64,000 nucleotides of DNA from assembly GCA_947085095.1 (NCBI GenBank), contig CAMTVD010000014.1:32001-96000 (forward strand), written 5' to 3'. How positions within the stretch are numbered: the stretch's first letter is position 1; the number at the start of each line of letters is the position of its first letter. Positions 52,180 to 61,643 of the stretch are shown here, in pieces. The DNA is from an uncultured Thermus sp. (GTDB lineage: Bacteria > Deinococcota > Deinococci > Deinococcales > Thermaceae). Below the pieces are notes generated by a model, which was not told where the DNA came from, searched no databases, and saw only the letters and a program-made list of their open reading frames with translations. The position numbers and the translations under genes were made by a program.

Positions 52180-52427
52180 GCGCCTTCCTGGTAACGGGCG
52201 AGCCAGGCATTCAGGCTTTGCGGGGATACCCCCCGGATGGCCTCGAGGCGGCCACCCCACTCCAGCACCACCCCGGCGGTGGGGCTTCCCACCAGCTCAG
52301 CGATCTTTTTGGCCGCCTCGGGGTCCTTCCTGGCGTTGACGAACTCGTAGGGGACCCCCTTTTGTTCCAAAAACATCTTCACGATCTCGCAGGGGCCGCA
52401 TCCCGGGATGCCGTAAAGCCGCACCAT
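52176..52427 (-). CDS. Glutaredoxin/NrdH-like redoxin
   Basis: 83 aa, LYGIPGCGPC..VK.FL...GVPY. Confidence 0.85.
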   Translation of the reverse strand: MVRLYGIPGCGPCEIVKMFLEQKGVPYEFVNARKDPEAAKKIAELVGSPTAGVVLEWGGRLEAIRGVSPQSLNAWLARYQEGA

Positions 52428-52486
52428 ACCCCCTCAGGGTAGCATAAGGGGCTCTTTGCCGGGGCGTTGGGCTAACCTAGGGGACG

Positions 52487-53458
52487 ATGCGCCTCACGGA
52501 GCGCCACCCCGAGATCAACCTGGAAAAACTTCTGGATAGCTTCATCCCTCCGCCCCGCTTCCTCGGGGCCACCTTCGCCACCTACCGCCCTGACCCCCGC
52601 TACCCCTCCCAGGCCCTGGCCAAGGAGCGCCTGCGAAGTTGGGTCAAGGACCGCCCCCGGGGCCTCCTCCGCCCCAGGATGCCGGGTCCCCAGGGGATTT
52701 ACCTGGACGGAGGGTTCGGGGTGGGGAAGACCCACCTCCTGGTGGCCGCCTACTGGGAGGCCCCCGGGCCCAAGGCCTTTCTCACCTTTGAGGAGCTCAC
52801 CTACACCCTGGGGCTCATGGGCTTGAGGGAGGGGGCCAAGCGCTTTTCCTCGCTTCGCTACCTCTTTCTGGACGAGTTTGAGCTGGACGATCCCGGGAAC
52901 GCCCAGATGGCCACCCACTTCCTGGCCCTCACCATGGAGAAGGGCCTCAGGGTGGCCACCACCTCCAACACCCCGCCCGGGGCCCTGGGGGAGGGGCGGT
53001 TCAACGCCGAGCAGTTTAGGCACCAGATCCAGAACCTCGCCCGCCGCTTCGCCGTGGAACGGATAGAGGGAGAGGACTTCCGCCACCGCGACCCAAAGCA
53101 CCTCCCCGACCCTCTGGTGGACCAGGAACTCCTAGAGCGCTTCCATCAGGATCCCCGCTCCAAGACCCTGGATGCCTTTCCTGAGCTCCTGGCCCATCTC
53201 CGCACCCTCCACCCCATCCGCTACCGCTACCTCTTCTCCGGGGTGGAGGTGGTCTATCTGCGGGGCATGGAGCCTATCCCCGACCAGAACGACGCCCTGC
53301 GCTTCGTGCATTTCGTGGACCAACTCTATAACCTTGGCCTGGAGTTACGGGTTTCGGGGGTGCCCTTGAGGGCCCTCTTTCCGGAGAGCTACCGCCACGG
53401 GGCCTTCGCCAAGAAGTACGGGCGGGCCCTTTCCCGCCTGGCGGAGCTTTTGGGGTAG
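52487..53458 (+). CDS. zapE: AFG1/ZapE family ATPase
   Basis: GIYLDGGFGVGKT, LDEFE, TSNT.P and RFVHFVDQLY. Confidence 0.88.
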   Translation: MRLTERHPEINLEKLLDSFIPPPRFLGATFATYRPDPRYPSQALAKERLRSWVKDRPRGLLRPRMPGPQGIYLDGGFGVGKTHLLVAAYWEAPGPKAFLTFEELTYTLGLMGLREGAKRFSSLRYLFLDEFELDDPGNAQMATHFLALTMEKGLRVATTSNTPPGALGEGRFNAEQFRHQIQNLARRFAVERIEGEDFRHRDPKHLPDPLVDQELLERFHQDPRSKTLDAFPELLAHLRTLHPIRYRYLFSGVEVVYLRGMEPIPDQNDALRFVHFVDQLYNLGLELRVSGVPLRALFPESYRHGAFAKKYGRALSRLAELLG

Positions 53459-53467
53459 CATGGGGGC

Positions 53468-53719
53468 ATGGACCTGGCGGACAGGCTTTCCGAGCTGGCC
53501 CAGGCCCTCTCCCAGGCCAGCGCCGCGGTGGGGATCCTCGAGGCCATAGAGGAGGTTTTGGAGGAGTACGGGGAGGGGGAGCTTTCCCTGGAGGAGGCCA
53601 TGGAGGAAATCCAGGGTCTGGTGGAGGAGTTCCAGGCGGTCCGGGCTCTCTCCGAGATGTCCCCCGAGGAGATCATGGCCCTGGCGGAAGAGGAGGACGA
53701 AGGAGGGCTCCGCTCCTAG
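53468..53719 (+). CDS. Small acidic hypothetical protein
   Basis: 83 aa, Glu-rich. TAGCAT lies 6 nt before the ATG, and the gene abuts deoB. Confidence 0.7.
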   Translation: MDLADRLSELAQALSQASAAVGILEAIEEVLEEYGEGELSLEEAMEEIQGLVEEFQAVRALSEMSPEEIMALAEEEDEGGLRS

Positions 53720-54865
53720 ATGAAGGTGGTGGCCCTGGTCCTGGACTCGGTGGGGCTTGGGTACCTGCCGGACGCCCCCCTCTTCGGGGACGAGGGGGCG
53801 GACACCCTGGACCACACCCTCCTCAAGACGGGTATCGCCCTGCCCCACCTGGCGGCCCTGGGTCTGGGCTGGGTTCCCGGTGTTCACACCCTGCCCCGTC
53901 CCAAGGAGCCCAAAGGGGCTTTCGGCCGCATGCGGGAGGTGAACCCAGGCAAGGACACCACCACCGGGCACTGGGAGTTCGTGGGCGTCTTTCTGGATAG
54001 ACCCTTCCGCACCTACCCCGAGGGCTTCCCCGAGGAGCTCCTTCGTGCCTGGGCCGAGCGCATCGGGGTAGGGGGGTGGCTCCTGAACCGCCCCTACTCC
54101 GGCACCGAGGCCATCCGGGACTACGGGGAGGCCCACCTGAAGACGGGCTACCCCATCGTCTACACCTCGGCGGACTCCGTCTTCCAGGTGGCCGCCCACG
54201 TGGACGTGCTCCCCTTGGAGGAGCTTTACCGCTTCTGCCAGGTGGCCCGGGAGATGCTAAAGGGCGAACACCAGGTGGCCCGGGTCATCGCCCGGCCCTT
54301 CGCCGGGGAGCCGGGGGCCTTTTACCGCCTGGAGCATCTGAGGAAGGACTTCGCCCTAGAACCACCCAGGAACGTCCTGGACCTGCTCAAGGAGGGGGGC
54401 CTCGAGGTGGTGGGGGTGGGGAAGATCCCAGATATTTACGCCGGGCGGGGCTTCACCCGGGAGGTGAAGACCAATGACAACAAGGACGGCCTGGAGAAGA
54501 CCCTGGCCCTCCTGGGAGAGGAGTTCTCCGGCCTCGTCTTCGCCAACCTGGTGGACTTTGACGCCAGGTACGGCCACCGCCGGGACCCGGAGGGGTACGG
54601 CCGGGCCCTTTTGGAGGTGGATGCCTTCCTTCCCCGGCTCCTTTCCGCCCTGGGCCCGGGGGACCACCTTTTCCTGGTTTCCGACCACGGCAACGACCCC
54701 ACCTTCTTCGGCACCGACCACACCCGGGAGTACGGCATGCTCCTCTGGGTGGGGCCGGGGGTGAAGGGGGATTTGGGCACCCGGGAGAGCTTCGCCGACC
54801 TGGGGGCCACCTGGGCCAGGCTCTTGGGGCTTTCCTGGGAGGGGCCCGGGAGGAGCTTGGTGTAG
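53720..54865 (+). CDS. deoB: Phosphopentomutase
   Basis: [43 protein letters not shown] and HTREY. Confidence 0.97.
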   Translation: MKVVALVLDSVGLGYLPDAPLFGDEGADTLDHTLLKTGIALPHLAALGLGWVPGVHTLPRPKEPKGAFGRMREVNPGKDTTTGHWEFVGVFLDRPFRTYPEGFPEELLRAWAERIGVGGWLLNRPYSGTEAIRDYGEAHLKTGYPIVYTSADSVFQVAAHVDVLPLEELYRFCQVAREMLKGEHQVARVIARPFAGEPGAFYRLEHLRKDFALEPPRNVLDLLKEGGLEVVGVGKIPDIYAGRGFTREVKTNDNKDGLEKTLALLGEEFSGLVFANLVDFDARYGHRRDPEGYGRALLEVDAFLPRLLSALGPGDHLFLVSDHGNDPTFFGTDHTREYGMLLWVGPGVKGDLGTRESFADLGATWARLLGLSWEGPGRSLV

Positions 54866-54868
54866 GCC

Positions 54869-55582
54869 ATGCCCGTTACCTGGCGCGACCTCTTAGACAT
54901 CTTCCTGGTAACCATTCTCTTCTACTACCTCTGGCGCCTCATCGTGGGCACCCGGGCCCTCAACCTGGTGCGGGGGGTCCTGGTCTACCTCCTGGTCTGG
55001 TTCCTCTCCACCCTCCTGGGGCTTTCCACCCTTTCCTGGCTTCTCGGCAACGCCGCCACGTTGGGGGCCTTCGCCCTGATCGTGGTCTTCCAGCCGGAGC
55101 TCAGGGGGCTCTTGGAGCGCTTAGGCCGGCCCCAGGGCCCCAGGGCCCCCTCCCTGGCCTTGGAGGAGCTCCTCCTCGGCCTCTCCCGCCTCTCGGAGAG
55201 GCGCTGTGGGGCCCTCCTCGCCCTGGAGCGGCGCACCCCCTTGGGGGAGTATGCGGCCACGGGGGAGGTGCTGGACGCCCGGCTCTCCGCCCGCCTTCTG
55301 GTGACCCTGTTCCACCCCGGGACCCCCCTGCACGACGGGGGGGCCATCCTGCGGGGAGGTCGGCTTTTCGCCGCAGGCTGCGTCTTCCCCCTCTCCGAGG
55401 GCCACGTGGGCATGGGCACCCGGCACCGGGCGGCCATCGGGCTTTCCGAGGTTTCCGATGCCCTGGTCCTGGTGGTGAGCGAGGAGACGGGGGCCATCCG
55501 GGTGGCGGAGGGAGGGCGGCTTTCCCCGCCCCTTCCCCTCGAGGCCCTGCGGGAACGGCTCAAGGAGGTGGTCCATGCGTGA
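54869..55582 (+). CDS. cdaA: Diadenylate cyclase CdaA (DacA)
   Basis: Three TMs, VVFQPELR, PLHDG, GTRHRAA and VSEETG. Confidence 0.92.
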   Translation: MPVTWRDLLDIFLVTILFYYLWRLIVGTRALNLVRGVLVYLLVWFLSTLLGLSTLSWLLGNAATLGAFALIVVFQPELRGLLERLGRPQGPRAPSLALEELLLGLSRLSERRCGALLALERRTPLGEYAATGEVLDARLSARLLVTLFHPGTPLHDGGAILRGGRLFAAGCVFPLSEGHVGMGTRHRAAIGLSEVSDALVLVVSEETGAIRVAEGGRLSPPLPLEALRERLKEVVHA

Positions 55583-56387
55583 CTGGCCTGCCCTCCTCCT
55601 CTCCCTGCTGGCCGCCCTCGCCGTCTGGTACTCCCTAAGGGAACGGGCTCCCGTGGTGGAGCGGGCTTTGAGCGTCCCCCTGCAGGTGGTGGGCCTGGAG
55701 AAGGACCGGGTGGCGGAAGGGGTGCCCAAGGAGGTCTTCCTGCGCCTTAGGGGCCCCGCCCACCTGGTGGAGGGGACCCCTCCGGTTTCCGCCTACCTGG
55801 ACCTCTCCGGGGCCGAGGGGGCCTTTGGCCGGGAGGTCCGGGTGGCCGCCCCCCAGGGGGTGGAGGTCCTGGAGGTGCGCCCCGCCAAGGTGGAGGGGCG
55901 GGTGGAGGCCCTCCTCACCCGCACCCTGCCGGTGGAGGTCCTGGCCCAGGGGGCCTGGGTGCGCACCGAGCCCGCCTTTGTGGAGGCCAGGGGCCCCAGG
56001 AGCCAGGTGGAGCTGGCGGTGGTGGCCCTGGGCCTGGACCTGGGGGAGGAGGTGGCCCTCACCGCCTTCGGGCTGGAAGGCCCCCTTCCTGGGGTGGGGC
56101 TCTCTCCCGCTCGGGTGCGGGTGGTGGCCCGGGAGGAGGTCCTTTTCCGCAAGGAGGTGCCCCTGGTCCTGAGGCCCCCGGGGGGGCTAAGGGTGGTGGA
56201 CTACGCTCCGAAGAGCGTGGAGGTGGTGGGGCCCAGGGGGCTCCTCGAGGGCCTGGAGGAGGTGGAGGCCAGCCCCCAAGGGGGGTTCCGCCCGGGGGAG
56301 GTGGTGGGCCCCTTCCTCCTCACCCTTCCCCCCGGGGTGCGGCCCTTGGGCCAGGTTTTGGGAAGGGCGCGGTTTGCGCTAGAATAA
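55575..56387 (+). CDS. cdaR: CdaR/YbbR-like domain protein
   Basis: N-terminal TM (SLLAALAVW), repeated V.LRGP/V.VVGP units, directly after cdaA. Confidence 0.75.
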   Translation: MRDWPALLLSLLAALAVWYSLRERAPVVERALSVPLQVVGLEKDRVAEGVPKEVFLRLRGPAHLVEGTPPVSAYLDLSGAEGAFGREVRVAAPQGVEVLEVRPAKVEGRVEALLTRTLPVEVLAQGAWVRTEPAFVEARGPRSQVELAVVALGLDLGEEVALTAFGLEGPLPGVGLSPARVRVVAREEVLFRKEVPLVLRPPGGLRVVDYAPKSVEVVGPRGLLEGLEEVEASPQGGFRPGEVVGPFLLTLPPGVRPLGQVLGRARFALE

Positions 56388-56392
56388 GCGGG

Positions 56393-56965
56393 ATGATCTA
56401 CCCCATCCGCCTCTACGGGGACCCGGTCCTTAGAAAAAAGGCCCGCCCCGTTCAGGACTTCTCCGGCCTAAAAAAGCTCGCCGAGGAGATGCTGGAAACC
56501 ATGTTTGAGGCCCGGGGGGTGGGGCTGGCCGCCCCGCAGATCGGCCTTTCCCAGAGATTTTTCGTGGCGGTGGAGTACGCCGACGAGCCCGACGAGGAAG
56601 AAAGGCCCCTCCGCGACCTGGTGCGCCGGGTCTACGTGGTGGCCAACCCCGTCATCACCCACCGGGAGGGCCTGGTGGAGGGGTTAGAGGGGTGCCTTTC
56701 CCTTCCCGGCCTCTACTCCGAGGAGGTGCCCCGCGCCGAGCGCATCCGGGTCCGCTTCCAGGACGAGGAGGGGCGCATGAGGACCCTGGAGCTGGAGGGG
56801 TATATGGCCCGGGTCTTCCAGCACGAGATAGACCACCTGGACGGCATCCTCTTCTTTGAGCGCCTGCCTGGGCCCAAGCGGGAGGCCTTCCTGGAAGAGC
56901 ACCGGGCCGAGCTCGCCCGCTTCCAAAAGGAGGCCCGGGCCCTCTTGAAGGAGCTTTCCCCATGA
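56393..56965 (+). CDS. def: Peptide deformylase
   Basis: GVGLAAPQIG, EGCLSLP and QHEIDHLDG. Confidence 0.97.
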   Translation: MIYPIRLYGDPVLRKKARPVQDFSGLKKLAEEMLETMFEARGVGLAAPQIGLSQRFFVAVEYADEPDEEERPLRDLVRRVYVVANPVITHREGLVEGLEGCLSLPGLYSEEVPRAERIRVRFQDEEGRMRTLELEGYMARVFQHEIDHLDGILFFERLPGPKREAFLEEHRAELARFQKEARALLKELSP

Positions 56966-57876
56966 GGGTGGCCTTCTTCGGCACCCCCTCCTGGGCGGTG
57001 CCGGTTCTGGATGCCCTCCACCGCCACCACCAGGTGGTCCTGGTGGTCACCCAGCCCGACAAGCCCAAAGGCAGGGGCCTGAAGCCCGCCCCAAGCCCCG
57101 TGGCCCAGTACGCCCTGGAGCGCGGCCTGCCCCTCCTCAGGCCTCCCCGCCTCAAGGGGAACGAGGGGTTCCTGGAGGCCTTCCGGGCCGCAAATCCAGA
57201 GGTGGCCGTCACCGCCGCCTACGGCAAGATCCTGCCCAAGGAGGTGCTGGAGGTTCCTCCATTTGGCTTCCTCAACCTCCACCCCTCCCTTCTCCCCCAG
57301 TACCGGGGCCCGGCCCCCGTGCCCTGGGCCCTGATCCGGGGGGAGAGGGAAACCGGGGTGGCCATCATGAAGACCGAGGAGGGGCTGGACACCGGCCCCC
57401 TCTACGCCCTCTGGCGCACGGAGATCCTGCCGGAGGAGGACGCGGTGGCCCTCGCCGAGCGCCTAAGGGATAAGGGCATAGAGCTCCTCCTCCAGGTTCT
57501 AGAGGACCTTCCCCACCTCACGCCCACGCCCCAGGAGGGCGAGGCCAGCTACGCCCCCCTCCTCACCAAGGAGGAGGGGAGGGTCCGCTTCGGCGAAAGC
57601 GCCGAGGCCATCTATAACCGCCACCGAGGGGTTCAGCCCTGGCCGGGGAGCTACTTCTTCCACCAGGGTAGGCGGGTGAAGGTGCTCAGGATGCGCCCGG
57701 AGCCGGGGGAGGGGGAGCCCGGGGTGGTCCAGGCGGTGGAGCCGGAGGGGGTCCTGGTGGGGACGGGGAAGGGGCTTATCCGCCTCCTCGAGGTCCAGCC
57801 GGAGGGCAAGCGCCCCATGCCCGCCCCGGACTGGGCCCGGGGGTATGGGGTGGGGCCGGGAACCCGCTTGGAGTAG
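56962..57876 (+). CDS. fmt: Methionyl-tRNA formyltransferase
   Basis: FFGTP, VVTQPD, NLHPSLLP.YRG.AP and GLDTG. Confidence 0.97.
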   Translation: MRVAFFGTPSWAVPVLDALHRHHQVVLVVTQPDKPKGRGLKPAPSPVAQYALERGLPLLRPPRLKGNEGFLEAFRAANPEVAVTAAYGKILPKEVLEVPPFGFLNLHPSLLPQYRGPAPVPWALIRGERETGVAIMKTEEGLDTGPLYALWRTEILPEEDAVALAERLRDKGIELLLQVLEDLPHLTPTPQEGEASYAPLLTKEEGRVRFGESAEAIYNRHRGVQPWPGSYFFHQGRRVKVLRMRPEPGEGEPGVVQAVEPEGVLVGTGKGLIRLLEVQPEGKRPMPAPDWARGYGVGPGTRLE

Positions 57877-57935
57877 CCCCCGCGGCGCAGTCAAGGCAAA
57901 GGGAAGCCGCGGGAAGGTAGTTGCCGGGGTCCCCA

Positions 57936-59633
57936 TTAGAACTCCTCGTCCCACTCCACGATGGTCTCGCTGGTGAGGGTGGTGGCGGGCTTGCTCTCTA
58001 TCCCGCTGGCCGTCACCTCCGCCCCCCGCTCCTTCAGGAGGCCGAACTGGGCGGCGATGCCCCTGAGGCCCGCCCCCGCCAGGGCCACCACCAGGAAGAC
58101 GGTGAGGCCCCAGGCGAGGTAAGGGAAGAGACCCTGGCCGATGGAGAGGTTGGCCAGGGCGGCCATCCAGGGAAGGCCCCCGTGCTCGGCCATGACCGAG
58201 CCGAAGTAGGAAAGCCCCTCCGCCAGGATGGGCAGAAAGAGGAAAAGGAAGGCCAGGCCCAGGAGGTTCCAGTAGATGTTGCGCCCGCCGAAGGTGAGGC
58301 GAATCAGGTAGAGGGGGAAGAAGGCCAGGGCGGCGGCCAGGAGGAAGAAGACCGCCCGGGGAATGCCCAATAGCAGCAAGCCCAACTGCACTTGGAGGGC
58401 GTGCCAAGGACCCAGGGTAGATCCAAACAAGCGTTCCTCTATCTCCTGAATTTCACCCAAGAGTAGGGCGAAGTCTACGGTGCGTAGCCCGGCGGCGTTC
58501 TGCATTTTTAGAAAAAAGTTATCTGTGCGCTGGGCTAGATCCGGGGCGTAGGCCCCCACCACGGGATATACGGCAAGGCGAAAGCGAGAGTGGGCATAAA
58601 CCAGGTGATCCCTGGCCAGGGCATGCTGGCCACTAGCTGTGTAGAGCTGGGCTCGGGCTAGGCTACCACGCACCTCATCCAAGAGAGCTAGCCAATCTAA
58701 TAAGCTGGGGTAGGCTAGGCGGTGCAGAGCCTCTCCTACCTGCAAGGAAACCTCTGGGCTAAAGGGAAGGAAGCTGATTTCTTCTAGAAGATTTTCGGGA
58801 AGCGCAGGCTTGCTGGGAGGAGGAGCAGCCGGAGAAGTTTTTGGGGATGGGGTTGGGGTAGATGGAGCAGCTGTTGGGGACAGGGGCGGAGTGGGATGGG
58901 GAGGTGTAGAGGCGGTGCTCCCAGGAGAGGGAAGGGGGGCTTGGGATAAGAGGGCTTGCCGCCAGGCGGCCACCTTTTTCTGGAGTTCCTGCACCTCGGG
59001 GCGGAAGGCTTCCCCGCCGGAGACTTTGGTCAAGGCTTGGATGAAGTCTTGGGCCCTCAGGGTGTTTTGGGGGCTGTCCTGGATGACCAGGAAGCGGGCG
59101 TAGGCCCTGGCCAGGGCCAGGTAGGCCTGGGGGCGGGAGGTGGCGGTGAGGGCTTGAGCGAGGTCCTCGGCCATGAGCTGGAGGTAGCGCCCCTCGAGGC
59201 GCCCCCTGGCCGCTTCCGGAGGGAGACCCGCGGCCTCCTGCACCACCCCCTGGCCCAGACCCGTGGCCCGGGCCAAGCGGGTAAGGTAGGCGGTCTTTTC
59301 CCCTTGAGGGGCGGTGAAAAAGCCGTCGTAAAGGGCTTTGCCCAGGAGGTGGCGCACCAGGAGGAGGCGGGCCTCGAGGTCCCAGGGGCTCTTCCCCAGC
59401 ACCGCCTGGCGCGCCTCCTGGAGGTTGGCCAGGGCCGCATCCCGGAGAACGGGGGGCAGGCCTTCCGCCTCTTGACGCAAGAGGCTCTGGGCCTGGTCCA
59501 AGGCGGCCAGGGCCTGGCTGGGGTTATCCCCCCGCACCTGGGCTAGGACTCGCTCCAGGCGGTCGTAGGTTTGAGGAAGGGGGGCGGCCAAGGCCAAGCC
59601 GGTAAGCGCCATCAGGAAAAGCCACCTTTTCAT
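57936..59633 (-). CDS. Hypothetical exported protein with a Pro/Thr linker and C-terminal TM helices
   Basis: Signal peptide (ALA-A), helical domains, a PTP-rich linker, about 3 TMs and an acidic tail (EWDEEF). Confidence 0.8.
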   Translation of the reverse strand: MKRWLFLMALTGLALAAPLPQTYDRLERVLAQVRGDNPSQALAALDQAQSLLRQEAEGLPPVLRDAALANLQEARQAVLGKSPWDLEARLLLVRHLLGKALYDGFFTAPQGEKTAYLTRLARATGLGQGVVQEAAGLPPEAARGRLEGRYLQLMAEDLAQALTATSRPQAYLALARAYARFLVIQDSPQNTLRAQDFIQALTKVSGGEAFRPEVQELQKKVAAWRQALLSQAPLPSPGSTASTPPHPTPPLSPTAAPSTPTPSPKTSPAAPPPSKPALPENLLEEISFLPFSPEVSLQVGEALHRLAYPSLLDWLALLDEVRGSLARAQLYTASGQHALARDHLVYAHSRFRLAVYPVVGAYAPDLAQRTDNFFLKMQNAAGLRTVDFALLLGEIQEIEERLFGSTLGPWHALQVQLGLLLLGIPRAVFFLLAAALAFFPLYLIRLTFGGRNIYWNLLGLAFLFLFLPILAEGLSYFGSVMAEHGGLPWMAALANLSIGQGLFPYLAWGLTVFLVVALAGAGLRGIAAQFGLLKERGAEVTASGIESKPATTLTSETIVEWDEEF

Positions 59634-60223
59634 CCCTCTACCTCCACTATGCTGACTAAACGCCTCAGCCCGTGCAAGAGGCGGCCCACGTTGGTTTCCT
59701 TGCGGGCCAGGATCCCCACGTACCCCTGGCCTAGAGCGCGAAGGGCCACCAGGTTGTCCCCTAGCACCGCATAAAAGGTGCGGTAGCCCTGCCGTTTTAG
59801 GAGAAGGTGGCCGGGTTCCAAGAAAACCGGTTCTCCGGAGAAGAGCTCCTCTTTTCCGCTCTCCCCGGCCACCACCACCCCCGCCACGCCCTCGAGGCGG
59901 GCCAGGCGCTGGGCCAGCTGGGCCCGGGCCGTGGGGTCCTCTAGGTCCACGGCCTCGAGGCGGCCCTCTTCCTCTTCTTCGCCTTCCTCTTCGGGCTCCA
60001 AAGCTGCCAGGTCCCTAAGTTCCCGCAACCAGGCCTTGAGCTCTGGGGGCATCTCCTTGAAGGGGAGGAGCCGCTTGAGCTCCGGCCAGAGGGTCCCTTC
60101 CACCAGCCTGGCCCAGTCCTCGGGCCGGGAAGGCACCCCCTGGGCCGTGGCCCGGCGCACCAGGCTTTCTGCGGCCCGGGGGGAAACATACCGGCTTAGG
60201 ATCTGCAAAAGGCTTTCCTCCAT
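59630..60223 (-). CDS. Hypothetical protein, possibly with a C-terminal roadblock/LC7-like domain
   Basis: LEGVAGVVVAG...YVGILA...NVGRLL. ATGA overlap with the downstream gene. Start inferred. Confidence 0.65.
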   Translation of the reverse strand: MEESLLQILSRYVSPRAAESLVRRATAQGVPSRPEDWARLVEGTLWPELKRLLPFKEMPPELKAWLRELRDLAALEPEEEGEEEEEGRLEAVDLEDPTARAQLAQRLARLEGVAGVVVAGESGKEELFSGEPVFLEPGHLLLKRQGYRTFYAVLGDNLVALRALGQGYVGILARKETNVGRLLHGLRRLVSIVEVEG

Positions 60224-60239
60224 AAAGGACCCAAGGGGC

Positions 60240-60268
60240 TTGCCAATCTGCCCCTCAGAGTGTACCAT
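60240..60268 (+). promoter_or_regulatory. Sigma70-type promoter of the tRNA operon
   Basis: TTGCCA-N17-TACCAT. Confidence 0.75.
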
Positions 60269-60300
60269 AACCTCTGCCCGAGGGATCGGGCATGCCTCGC

Positions 60301-60374
60301 TGGGGTGTCGTCTAACGGCAGGACAGCGGACTCTGGATCCGCCGGTCGTGGTTCGAGTCCACGCACCCCAGCCA
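60301..60374 (+). tRNA. tRNA-Gln(CTG)
   Basis: Anticodon arm GCGGA-CTCTGGA-TCCGC, GGTTCGAGTCC and a CCA end. Confidence 0.97.
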
Positions 60375-60380
60375 AAGTTT

Positions 60381-60455
60381 GGCCCCATCGACTAGCGGTT
60401 AGGTCACCGCCCTTTCAAGGCGGCGGCGGGGGTTCGAATCCCCCTGGGGTCACCA
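60381..60455 (+). tRNA. tRNA-Glu(TTC)
   Basis: Anticodon arm CCGCC-CTTTCAA-GGCGG, GGTTCGAATCC and CCA. Confidence 0.97.
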
Positions 60456-60474
60456 AAGCGCCGAGCCGCACCGC

Positions 60475-60550
60475 GGCCCCATCGTCTAGAGGCCTAGGAC
60501 ACGGCCCTCTCAAGGCCGAGACGGGGGTTCGAATCCCCCTGGGGTCACCA
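60475..60550 (+). tRNA. tRNA-Glu(CTC)
   Basis: Anticodon arm CGGCC-CTCTCAA-GGCCG, GGTTCGAATCC and CCA. Confidence 0.97.
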
Positions 60551-60570
60551 AAGCGGCTCGGCCGCTTTTT
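60551..60570 (+). terminator. Intrinsic terminator of the tRNA operon
   Basis: AAGCGGC-TCG-GCCGCTTTTT. Confidence 0.75.
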
Positions 60571-60612
60571 CCCTTGACGTAGCCCATCCCTTCCGGCAAA
60601 CTGGGTGCGGCA

Positions 60613-60631
60613 TATACCCCCACCCCGTATA
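60613..60631. promoter_or_regulatory. Candidate CsoR/RcnR/CstR-family operator upstream of trxB
   Basis: TATAC-CCCCACCCC-GTATA. Confidence 0.45.
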
Positions 60632-60665
60632 GGTGGGGTGTAAAGTGGCTTCAAGGGAGGATGTC

Positions 60666-61643
60666 ATGGAGTTCACCTTGACGGGACTGGGCACCAGCGG
60701 AAGCCAGGAAGAGGCCTACGATGTGGTCATCATCGGTGGGGGGCCCGCGGGCCTCACCGCGGGGATCTACGCGGGCCGGGGCGGCCTGAAGACGGTGATC
60801 GTGGAAAAAGGCCTCCCCGGGGGGCAGATCGCCCAGACGGAGGAGGTGGAGAACTACCCGGGCTTCCCCGAGGGCATCTCTGGGGCGGAGCTGGCGGGCC
60901 GCATGGTCCAGCAGGCGGAGAAGTTCGGGGCCCGCCTCGTCATGGACGAGGTCCTGGGGATAGAGAGGACGGAGGAGGGCTTCCTGGTGCGGGGGTTTGA
61001 GCGGAGCTACCCCGCACGGGCCGTCATCATCGCCACCGGGGCCAACCCCAAGAAGCTGGGGGTTCCCGGCGAGGAGAAGTTTTACGGCCGGGGGGTTTCC
61101 ACCTGCGCCACCTGCGACGCCTTCTTCTACCGGGACAAGGAGGTGGTGGTGGTGGGCGGGGGGGACGCCGCCGTGGAGGAGGGGCTTTTCCTCACCAAGT
61201 TCGCCCGCAAGGTGACCCTGGTCCACCGCCGGGACGAGCTTCGCGCCAACAAGGTGGCCCAGGCCCGGGCCTTCCAGAACCCCAAGATGCACTTCCTCTT
61301 CTCCCATGTGGTCACGGAGATCCTGGGGGAGGAGGGGGTGACGGGGGTGCGGCTCAAGAACCTGAAGACTGGGGAGGAGTACGTCTACCCCACGGACGGG
61401 GTTTTTGTCTTCATCGGCCACGAGCCCAACACCGGCTTCCTCCGGGGGGTGGTGGAGCTGAGGCCGGACGGCTACGTCGCCGTTCGCGACGAGGTCTTCA
61501 CCTCGGTCCCTGGCATCTTCGCCGCCGGGGACGTGGCCGACCCCATCTACCGCCAGCTCACCACCAGCGTGGGGGCCGGGACCCGGGCGGCCATGATGGC
61601 GGAGAAGTACCTGGCGGAGAAGGGGGAAGCGGTCAGGGGTTGA
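60666..61643 (+). CDS. trxB: Thioredoxin-disulfide reductase
   Basis: [31 protein letters not shown] and YRQ. GGAGG RBS. Confidence 0.97.
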   Translation: MEFTLTGLGTSGSQEEAYDVVIIGGGPAGLTAGIYAGRGGLKTVIVEKGLPGGQIAQTEEVENYPGFPEGISGAELAGRMVQQAEKFGARLVMDEVLGIERTEEGFLVRGFERSYPARAVIIATGANPKKLGVPGEEKFYGRGVSTCATCDAFFYRDKEVVVVGGGDAAVEEGLFLTKFARKVTLVHRRDELRANKVAQARAFQNPKMHFLFSHVVTEILGEEGVTGVRLKNLKTGEEYVYPTDGVFVFIGHEPNTGFLRGVVELRPDGYVAVRDEVFTSVPGIFAAGDVADPIYRQLTTSVGAGTRAAMMAEKYLAEKGEAVRG

